The translations under genes and the position numbers were made by a program. Positions 25,665-36,700 of a stretch of 64,000 nucleotides of DNA are shown here, in pieces. The stretch's first letter is position 1. Each line of letters begins with the position of its first letter. The stretch lies in the NCBI GenBank assembly GCA_001655205.1, contig LPNZ01003549.1, forward strand, positions 6,003 through 70,002, read 5' to 3'. Under the pieces are notes generated by a model that did no database searches, was not told where the DNA came from, and saw only the letters and a program-made list of their open reading frames with translations. This DNA comes from Lenisia limosa (Eukaryota; Protista; Breviatea).

Positions 25665-28272
25665 TTATACGGTGCAATTCGCACGAGTTTAAAACCTCCA
25701 ATGGAGTATCCAACCTAAGTGTTAGCCACAAAACTGGGAAAAGGAATCTTACTTGCATATTTTCGGTTTCCTTCAAAATAGCCTTGACTTCGCATTTAGT
25801 CTTCACTAAAAACTACATGGTTCAGATCCAATTAATATCATATACTATCCATATGTTAACCCACTAGTGATATGATCATATGACCGACTTTCGAGTCGAA
25901 TGATGAACGAAGATAACACAAGGGTTCATCCCGAGTGTATCAGAGTATCATTGATACTTGTCGGTCAATTATCATACGAGTGGATATAAGGTATCATATC
26001 ACTGCGTAGAAAATGATAGTTCACATGTGTGAAATTGATCCAAAAAGTGACATGAAAATCCTATTTCATATCATATACTATATGATATGTATTCTATATT
26101 ACTATAGTGCCATCTCACTAACCAACCTTAAACGTAACTTTCTGCATTGTAGCGGTCAAGTTGCTGAGAACATTTGCATCAAGACTTGCTTCGATTGTTC
26201 GAACGTTGTCATCATCGTCTTTAGCTCTGAAGATTAGTTCCAAAAGCAGGCGGCTTACTCAAGTTTGAGTTTGATTGGTACCTGGCGGTAACTAGTTGCT
26301 TTAACAGAGATATAGATACTCAAGGAATATACACCAGGCACAGCATCCCATGTTGAGTCATTTTGGTTACGAACACTAAATGTTATTACAGAGACAGGCC
26401 AACTTGAACCACCAGAGGCCCGTATCCAAATGCAAAAGACTGCCAAATGTTGAATAATGTTTGCTCTCTATAATAATTAAAGCCCTTCAAAAACACTTTG
26501 CCTAAAGTTGATTAACAATAAGATACACTAGAAAACGATCCCTCAATAAAATCCAAAGAATAATATTTGATAGTATTATATCATATTATTTGTACACTTT
26601 GATATAATGAATCCAACTTCAGCTTACTTTTTAAGCGCCAGTATTCATTAATCCAAGAAGCATGAAGACTCTCAGCTGGACGTGCCCCTTCCATGTACAC
26701 TACACTTGCCTTGTCGCTGTCTGAACATGAAAATTGCGACAAACAAACAGCTGCGAAGACGAGTCATATCCACCAATTGATTGTAGGATGTTTTATCAAG
26801 ATTATTTTCAACTTGGTCTCTTCTCCTTTGCCACATAACTTCATTCTTTCCAACTGGAATGTCATCCAAGAGGAATCTTACATTCTCGATACCACGCCTT
26901 CGACACTCTCGACAGTTTGAGGAGAACAGTGGTAGGCAGGCAATTTATGACTGCTTCAAGAGAGTTGCTGTCCAAGCCAAGAACATCCCCTTCCTGAAAA
27001 GGTGGTGGTAAGGAAACTGGGCACAATAAGTTGAGCTGAAAAATAATAAATAATTTGATATGATACCTACATCTCGATATACATAGCAGTACATAGTATG
27101 ACATGTATTATATCATATAGTATGATATATCGATATATACTAACACTACATATATTATAGTATTAAATATAGAAATGAGAAATAAAATAAGGCTGTATCT
27201 GGCCGAAGCCGTCCACATCATCACGCCTATAAGAGATATTGGTTATAGTATACATTTGCCTTATAACTTCATGAATAAGGACAAAAGCCCTGTACAATAA
27301 CCCAGGTAGGTAATCGTATTTGCAAAAGGCCTCACATGCCTACCACTGCTGGAGAGAGCGATATACAAATGGGAGGTTGATTGGTCAAAACAGGTTGAGA
27401 GACAGTTGGATCTTGGAGATCAGAACAATCGCGTTGCACTTACATGAAGCTCTGTGGTTTGCCTCAGAAGGAAAGTCGATTAAATTGTTTATTTCGAATA
27501 GAAGTTTGTATGTACTGTTATCCGGGAGAAGAAACAGCGGATGGGTTTCCTACAGAATCAGCATATCTATCTGCTTGGGTCTGGGAGCTGTACTCGAGGA
27601 AGAGTATACTCCTACAAGAGAGCTTGAAATAACATTTTGCTCACAATTTTGTTGGTGGAGGTACATTGAATCCCAACTGCCTTGCTGTCAAGAAGTTCAC
27701 TAGAGCCAGTTAGCTGGTGACCAGAAAGATAACAACGCACATTACTTCCTCAAGAGTAGACTTCCTGGGGACTTGTGTTACGCTATGTGGCCCGCCGTAA
27801 ATCAAAGGGCACCGTGGCGCTACAGTGTCACTGACAATTCGGAAACACCTCATAATCTGCCACTCACCTGGCCCTACATCACTATCGTCATCCGAACCCG
27901 GCTCAACAACCCCACTCAAAATGGTCCATAAAGATCCATTCGGAAGGACAAAGTCCGAGTTGGTCACCTAAGAGTCAAAATATGAAACGTGAACCCACAA
28001 TTTCCCCAGTTCGGCTGTTCATAATACCGAGCGCATCCGGATTAAATCTGTTCCTACACATGTCATTCTTCAATAATTGATATGAAGACAGTTGGCCCAA
28101 CAAACAAGACATTCAAAAGAGTCGACCCAGTGTCAACAGCAACATTGACATGGCCTTGAGTGACAAGAGGCGCCCTTCCTGTGACATTAATACAAGGTCC
28201 CATTAAGCTTACTGCTGGGTGGAAGCAAAACATATCCTCCTGGCTGGGCGGGAGGTCCGTTAGGCTCATCAT
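25665..28272 (-). CDS. Hypothetical protein with a central F-box-like motif, multi-exon (may be two genes)
   Basis: SLEAVINCLPTTVLLKLSRVSKAWYRE (26880-26960) is F-box-like. The flanking exons have good splice sites but no motif I recognise. Confidence 0.55.
25861..25983. mobile_element. Small foldback/MITE-like element in an intron of the F-box gene
   Basis: Imperfect terminal inverted repeats CCACTAGTGATATGATCATATGACCGAC ... GTCGGTCAATTATCATACGAGTGG. No clear target-site duplication. Confidence 0.55.
27170..27250 (-). repeat. Dispersed intronic repeat, copy C
   Basis: The reverse complement matches 19680-19758 over about 80 bp. Confidence 0.85.
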
Positions 28273-28918
28273 GTTTATTGGGGGGAAGGAGCATCTGTTC
28301 TCAGGGAGGTTCAGGATGTAACGTGTAAAGGTGGTTTTGTGTCACTACTTCTTTCCCTTCTTCTTTCTGTGTTTTTTTTTCTCTGTGGTGACAGTGTGTG
28401 TGTGTGCAGTGTGTGGTGCGATTTATTGTTTTGTTGTTTGATTTGTTGTTTTCGTCCATTTTCGCGTTTCATAGCACACGGTGCGGCTCTGAGGGCCCGT
28501 CACCGCTCCGCTCAAACGACATGATGAATGACATACACACATAAACTTCTACCAACAACAACACATGTACACGTTTAAATAATAAAAATACACAAATACA
28601 GCCCACAACACCATAACAAAGCAAAGTCAAACGCCGCTCTCTCTTCTCTATTTCAAACCTTCCTTATTGGGAAAGCGTCAAACCTTGCTTTTCCATGATA
28701 ACCGCCATGATAAACCCGTAATTATAGATTACTGTCATAATTTCTTTGTTTTGGGTAATTGTAGAGGTCCTCCTAGTTTCCTCTGTTTCCAATCTGTTTC
28801 TGCTTGTATCATTTACTTTGAAATTTGAACTCTCTGCTAGTACTTAATTATTGAATTTCGCCATATTATTCTATTGAACCAATTGGAATTGCTCCCAACC
28901 AAGCGCAACAGGTCAAAG

Positions 28919-31900
28919 ATGTCACAGGTATGCGTGCTAATGCTGACATGTATAGGTTAAGCGGCATGTTGAGTACCGAGTTGAGCCTAATGGTGTTGCT
29001 GTTGCCACGTTGACCAGCCCCACCAATTGCATTGGTTTGCCAGCTACGTGATTTCTCATTTCTACAAAAATTTTATTGACTTGAGCCTCTTGAATCACTC
29101 CTCACTGTATCAAAATATCAAAATAGCGTTTTTGTAAGAAATTCAATGAGTGAAATAGTGATGAATATGTAGGTGAGCAAGTGGTCGATGAAATGTTTGA
29201 GGCTGTTGGGCATGTGATGAGTGATCCAAAGGTAAAGGGCCTTGTCGTAACAGGAGGCGGAAAGTTGTTTTCAACTGGAGCCAATTTGGCCCTCATCCAC
29301 AAGTATCAAGTTGAAGGTTCGCCATTTTGGTTTGACACTCAGACGAACCCATGGCTCCTTTCTTGAAGACTTTGGCAGACATGTTATCACGACTGGAAAG
29401 TGGACCAAAACCCACTGTAGCCTTGGTGACAGGATATTGTCTTGGAGGAGGTCTTGAGCTTGCTCTTTCTTGCAACCATTTGATCATTGGTGGGAAGGCA
29501 ACACTTGGTCTTCCGGAAGTCACCCACGGTTTCCTTCCCGCAGCTGGAGGTTTGCTTTATTTGGCCTTAACTTTCAGGATGTGTCAGACTTCCTCGTGTT
29601 ATTTGTCCCCTTATCGCATCAAAATACATTATGGTATGTCTTTTTGAAACTAATTTCCAGAATGCAACGCTGATTAATGAAAAAAAAGCGGAAATGCTCG
29701 GACTTGCTCACACAGTTGTTCCATCCTTTCAAGAGGCCATGGGTACGCTAGTCTCAAGTTGACTGTTAAGCTGTTGCATCAAATACCGTCATTGCCATGG
29801 CTGAAAATCGACTTGTCCGAAGAATGCCGTGTAGTCATCCTACAATGAATAAAGAAGACTTCCAAAAGGTGAGTCAATGTATATGCGTCTGATTGTCCAG
29901 ATCAAATCAGCAGTTACGGCTCCAAAACGCATCAAACATGCCTCCTCCGTTATGGATGTCATTGAAGTTGGATTGACAAAGGGGTGAGTCCCCCGTGATT
30001 TAATATCCAAGCCCTATTGAAGGATTGCATGCCGAGAGAACCGCGTTTGATGTTTTGTGTCACGATCCCAAGTCAAAAGCAAAGCTGCATGTCTTTATGT
30101 CACAAAAAATGGCTGGAAAGTCTTCCAACTTGCCAGGACCTGCCAAGATTCAATCCGTTGGTGTTATTGGTAAGGCATGCCAAAGTAACATTTGAGGTGG
30201 TGGTCTCATGGGTGCGGGGATTGCTTCAGCCTCTCTTATTAAGGGGTACAAGGTAAGCTTTGCTCTATTACCAATGTCACAATCGCAATTACACTCAGGT
30301 GATGATCAAAGAGATTTCAGCCAAATTTGCCAATGCTGCCGGTTAGTTGGTGCTGACTCCTCAATTTGTAGCTCTTCGTGTTAAAGCCTTCCTATCATCT
30401 GCTGTCAAGGCCAAACGTCTCCCTCAACAAGCCATGTGTTTGTCAAACATTATCTCACCATTCAGTTAAGGTACTTGGCAACCTAAAAGTGACCACGAAT
30501 CTCAATGATCTGAGGCAAATGGACATTGTCATTGAAGCAGCTACTGAGCGACTGGATATTAAACAAAAACTCTTTGTTGATTTAGAAAAAACAGTTGCGT
30601 TATCATGTATTTTGGTCACGAACACAAGCACTCTCACTCTCAATACTGTTGGTGAAAGTTGGCTAAATGACACTTTCAGATTTCAAAGAACATGATGAAA
30701 CCCGATCGTCTCAATGGTTTGCCACATAGTCATTAATCCTCAGGCATGCACTTCTTCAACCCGGTCCTTCTTATGCCTTTGGTGGAAGTTGTTCATCACA
30801 AGAACACTTCACCTTCAGACTTAACATCTATCATTGGTGCGGTTCCATGGTCACTGACAGAATAGGTTTCACAAGAAAACTCGGAAAAACTCCAATTTTG
30901 GCCAAAAGCTGCACCGGATTTGCAGTCAATCGAATGTTTGGTTAGAGGCGGGGGGTTTAGCTCCACATCATTCGAATGAATGACAGTTGTTTTTACCTGG
31001 CATTTAGGTCCGTTTTTTATGGCGGCCATGGCTGCTGTTTATGCAGGTGCCCAGCCTAAAGATGTTGACGGTGTGTAATAACATTTTCATGACAGGTTTT
31101 ATCTTACATTGTAATATTATGATGCTATGATCCAACCTTGGTTGATATACTTGGAATATAAAGTCAGAATTAGTTGTATTAGTTTGAGTCGCGGTAGTTC
31201 TGACTTTTCAGCCGCATTGGAGTCCTTTGGAATGGCAATGGGTCCCTTCAAAACTGCAGACTTGGTCGGAATAGACACCTTTGCTGCTGTACAGAGGTAA
31301 TCAAACCAACACAAGTCATAGACAAATTCATGATGCATACCCTGACCGCTCTATCACCATCCCTTTAGACAAATTCATGACGCGTACCCTGACCGCTCTA
31401 TCACCATCCCTCTGCTTGAAGACCTTGTCAAAGCAAGAAATCTCGGACAAAAAACTGGTATGCTAGGTAATATGATAACATACATGCAGGAAAGGGATTC
31501 TACCAGTATGAAAGAGGAAGTCGCCGTACACATCCGCGCACTGATTTGGATGGCATCTTGGAGGTTTCAAGATTAAAGACGGGGTATGAAATTTCAGCAC
31601 ACCTGACTGTTCAGTCTCGGAATTGAAATGTCCCAAAAGAGCGTTGTACCCAAAGATCCCAAACAGGTGAGATCAGGAAATAGTCTAACTATCCCATTAG
31701 CTTGCTGAGTCTCTGGTATCCTTCCTAGTGTGTGAGTGTTGTCGAGTTATGAGTGAACAAGTTGCAACGGCAGGTGACATCGACTTTGCGGCTGTGGCTG
31801 GAATGGGATTCCCGGCAACCAAGTATGTTCAGTTATAGGCTGACATTCAGGGGCGGACCATTATGGTGGGCTGACCAAATCGGCATTGACAGAGTCATTG

Positions 31901-33636
31901 CCAATGTTGTAGCCTTGGCTCCTCTGTGTCCCAAACTGTTCCAAGTACCCGACTGCATGTTGAAGCATAGTAAACTCAGCATCAAATTGAGGTTTGTAGA
32001 AAACGCATTTGTGACTTTTCAGTCCCCCAATTCTACAAACTGACGAATACGAAGCCTACACCACCCCTCTTTCAGGTGAGATGCCGCAACATCTGATATT
32101 CCCAGGGCCCGCCTTCCAGTCACAAAGAGAAGACGATATTGTCGTTGTGTCATTTGCTCGAACTGCGGTAACAAAAGCGAAGCGCGGAAGTTTCAACAAC
32201 ACACACCCTGCTGAAATGGTTGGAATTCCCCGACATTACCCTCCAGATGTACACCGTAATCAAAAGCACAATGGACCAATGTCCAAACCTGGCTCCCGGG
32301 GGCGTTGGTGACGTCATCTGCGGTACGGACTTGAGATACTGACATTTAGGCCGTGTTCTTGGGCTTGGTGACGTTGAGGCCACATACTGCCGCATGGCTG
32401 CACTTCAAGCCGGGGTGCCATACTCCGTTCCACTTCGCCTCACAAACCGTCTGTGCTCCTCCGGCCTGCAAGCGGTTGCCGACGTGGCCCAGGGCATTCG
32501 GACCGGAATGTACGACGTTGGCCTTGCCGTCGGCTTCGAGTCCATGACAAGACATCATTTGGCTGGAGGTGAGCCCGCTCTTCTGTCATTGGTTCAGATG
32601 GTGATATTGAGAAATGGTCCCGAGCAGAGGGAGACGCGAGTGACTGCTTTATGAATATGGGGATGACAAGTGACAATGTTGCAAGAGACTATCATGTGAC
32701 TCGAAATGAACAAGTAATGAGGGATGAGTGGCTTATGCCTTCTAGGACGAATTTGCTGCTGAGTCCCATAGCAAGGCCAACCAAGCTTCTTCCCTCAGAC
32801 ACAGTAAGTCTTAATAAATCTTATCACTTCAGCCGAAATTACACCATTGCAAACTACAGCATTCATGAAAAAGTCAAGGAAGGGCGAGGCAAAACTGGTA
32901 GAAATCCTCTTATGTGACTTTTCAGGAGACCGTAACGGTGAGCAAAGACGAAGGCGTCCGATCCTCTTCCACCGTCGACAGCTTAGCAAAGCTTCGTCCT
33001 GTGTTTTCCAAGAACGGGACCACCACACCTGGCAATGCGTCTCAGCTCAGCGGTTTGCCAATGTGTCCTGACAGTGTAGATGGAGCAGCAGCCATCCTCC
33101 TTATGACTCGCGCTAAAGCAAGGCAGTTTGGTGTCAAGCCAAGAGCCGTGTTCAGGTCCGCTCATGAAAACACTGATCTTTCAGATCGTTCAGTGTTGCC
33201 GGGGTACCGCCTGCAACAATGGGAATGGGCCCGGCCGCGGCCATCCCTTTGGCCCTCAAGGCTGCTAATGTTGGTGCCGGCCATGACGTCACTATGTAGC
33301 TTGACAAGAGTGACGTCGACATTTGGGAGGTCAATGAAGCTTTTGCAAGTCAGGCCAAATGCTGTCTCGATATGCTTGGTGTTGACCCAAAGAAGTGAGA
33401 CCTTCGAAGCGTTAACGTTTTAGAGCCAATCTAAGAGGAGGAGCGATCGCCCTAGGGCATCCCCTTGGAATGACAGGCGCGCGAATGACGATTACGGCCC
33501 TTGACCAGTTGAGAGTGGCAAAGGCAAAAACGGCGGTGGTATCAATGTGCATTGGAACGGGAATGGGTAGGTGAGGGCTTTGGTTAATGTTGTAGGTGCT
33601 GCTGCTGTGTACGAAAGAGACTCAACCTGCTTATAA
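28919..33636 (+). CDS. Enoyl-CoA hydratase/3-hydroxyacyl-CoA dehydrogenase (MFP/FadB-like) apparently fused in frame to an ACAA1-type 3-ketoacyl-CoA thiolase
   Basis: Hydratase: [20 protein letters not shown]. Dehydrogenase: VGVI|[43 protein letters not shown]. Thiolase: [48 protein letters not shown]. The domain calls are secure; the fusion itself is inferred from splice phases (see findings). Confidence 0.88.
31319..31411. repeat. 47-bp tandem duplication of a splice acceptor plus exon start in the MFP region
   Basis: TAGACAAATTCATGA(T/C)GC(A/G)TACCCTGACCGCTCTATCACCATCCCT occurs twice with a 47-nt period. Confidence 0.92.
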
Positions 33637-33761
33637 GCTCTATTCAACTTCCTTAATTCTTTATTTGTTTTTATTATCTGCAATGCAACCATCACAAGAA
33701 AAATAAAAGAGAATAAATAAAATCAGTAAACAAAGTATATGACTGTCCATAAGCGTTATGA

Positions 33762-36700
33762 TTAGGAAACACTCCTCCTCACACGCGGACCTTTCAAAGT
33801 TGTTTGTGTCTAAAATGTTATTGAGATACCCAAATAATATCGTCACCAACCGGTTTCTTTTCAGCAGGCGTTTTGGTTACTCGTTTCGGTTTCGGACTAG
33901 TGGGGCCTTCTGTCTTCTTTACTCTGCAAAATAATCAAAATAATTTAAAACCAAGGTTACTCCCTGGTTGAAGACAAGACCAAATTGTTGACCGAACCCC
34001 TTACGAAGCCCTTGTGATTCTTGGCCTTGGCATGCTGGAAGTGGTAATAGGCACCTTGTTAGAATCCAACGGTGCAACTGCGGTGCTGGACGCAGACTTT
34101 TGGCCTGGTTTAGGTCTCCGAGCCGCGACAGCCACACGATTACTAGACGGCGATGGCGCCAAAGGAGCTGGAGGCGGCCTGCCGCGCGCAAGAAGAAGCC
34201 CGCTGCTACCACGCATTGCAGCGCGTCTGCTGACCCTTGAAGAGACTGCTGGCGGTGGCGGCGGCTGCGCTTTTGTTTGACTTGCAAGGGCCCGCACTAG
34301 AGGAATCTCCTTCTCCTCCTCCTTTATCTTTGGCTTCGTGACCGAGCTTGAGCGTTTGCGTCGAGGTGTGGCGTGAGGAGTGGATTTTGGTGTAGATTTT
34401 GGCGTGGATTTTGGTGTAGATTTTGGTGTGGTCTTTGCTGGGGTCTTTGCCGAGGTGCTTGACGTTCTCTTGCGGCGCTTCCTTCTTGAAGACGAGGATG
34501 GTGACAGCGGCTCAGACGGCTCCGTAATAATATCGGGGGACACCTCGGGGGACGGAAGGGGGGGATTGAATAGGCTCATCAAGGAGGATGGCACAACGGC
34601 ACGGCTTGCGAAGGGCGGTGTGAACTCCACTTCCTCGGCATCTTGGGGCTGCAGATCGCTTAGATCGAGGGGAGTGGCTGGAATGGACCGCTCAGGCGTG
34701 GGCAGTAAGTCATTATCACTGAACAGTCCAAGTTCATCGCAATCATAACGATCGAAGAGGACAGAGGTGGCAGCCGGGGTAGCAATGGGCTGGAACAACG
34801 CCTCGGGTTGTCGCGGCGGCACGGCGTCTTTTTGTGGAGTAGGTTGCATTGGAGGTTTACGTGGAGTCTGAGGAGAAACGCTCTTTAGACTCCGAGGGGA
34901 AGACACTGGTGTGAGACAGCATAAGCGAGGCGACTGGAGGGGCTGGCGGGGGGATGGTAGGGATTGTCTTGGTGACGATTGCGGCGAGGTCAAGGATTGC
35001 GACCGTGCGAATGGAGCAACAGTGGGACCGGATTTCGGCCCAGGGAAAAGCGTTTTCACCGGCGTTTTGACAGGAGTCTGTGCGATGTAGGGAGGGAGCG
35101 AGCCAGCGGAGGAGAAATGCTCCTTCAAGTCAGGAGAGCTGAGGGGAGACAGCTCGGGCGAAGAAATCAACGTCACTTCCTCGGGTGAGAGGATTGAACT
35201 GAAGTCAACCGCCTTATTGGGTACGGTGGCATAGAGGCTACTCGGTCGAGGCAAGGCCGGCCGCGGACCTGGCGACGCCACGCCATGGTACGACAAACTC
35301 CGGCGGCGGCTGACATTATGTCGTCTTGTTGGCGTGTCGAGGGGCGACGTGGTTGCCAATGGGCTGACAAGGGTTTGGGGGGAGAATGTCGGAAGGTCAG
35401 AAGGCGGCTGGAAGGTACGCGGCGATAGTTGCGGTCGCGGCGAGCTGAGTCTGCGGACTCGTGGGGACGGCTCTTCCTCGGCCTCCTCGGGTACTGCTAA
35501 GTTAGAACCAAGCGGAGCACAATGGAAATAGAGTGGATCCGAGAAATTAAGTGATTATTAATGAAGTGAAGAGAATAACGGATAAATGGACGAAAAAAAT
35601 CCGGATCCAAATATCTTGCCCTCTTAAAATAGCCTCTACAATAGTAATGCAGCTGGTTTATGGTATGCAATGAGGCTTACTTGGAGGGGTGGATTCACGG
35701 AGATTCTCAACCTGCTGGATTCTCTTCGCAGTTGGAGCAATTTTTGGATCAGACAATAAGGCAGCAGTTTGGTAGTTTGCCTGGATGTGCTGAAGGCTCA
35801 TTGATGATGATGTTGATGTTCGTAGTGTTCCTCTGAAGTCACTGGCGGCCTTTTTGCCTGCCCAACCTGTCAAATGATAACCTATATCAGTAAGATAAAG
35901 CAAAAGCAGTAAACTCTTCAAACAATGTCACATGGGTCCAAACTTACGAGACAATGCACCTGGTAGCTCTCCAAGATCGGCAAACTCAAAGTAAAATGCT
36001 GTGCGCCCAGACTACAGAGTCAAAAGAGGACCCATCAATTGGAGTCAAAAGAAGGCCCATCAAGTGACTCGCAGTACCCAACAAAATCTGATTGAAAGCT
36101 CACGTAGTAGGTGTAGAGGTTGGTGAAGATTTCAAGACTATCAGCCTCCTCAGCCACTGCAGCGGAATCGTCGACTGCCTGACCCCACATCTGTGTCGTG
36201 ACAGTATGTTGCGGACTTACAATGTAAGCTGGTCTGTTTGGGATACCAATGACCCCAGCCGCTGCCGTTCCGGATGCTACTCCAAAGGAAACGGACACTT
36301 TCGAAATTTCGTCAACCTAAGCGAAGTGAGACCTTCGTCGTCCCACCTTTGCTGCTGTAATGGTGTCCTTCAGAGTGTCCCGGGCGTCCAAACTGAATGC
36401 ACAAACTAGAGTGTTACAGAAGGGAGAAACAGCAAACGTTGGGCAGCATGGTCATTCTCTGCACCAGGTAAGCCTCCAACAACTCGGTATGTTCCTTCGT
36501 AGGGTGCAAGCTAAAGAGTCACACGCCAACGTCTAAGCAAACCTTATGCAAAGACGGGTACTCCTTGAGGGGATTGTCAAGAGAAGAGTAGATGTGGTTC
36601 AAGAGCAGGGTGATCATTTCAGGATTTAGGACCTAGAATCAGTCAAAACCCCAAAAATGTAATAATACCATTGAAAGTTCAGGGTAGTTCCGAATTGTGC

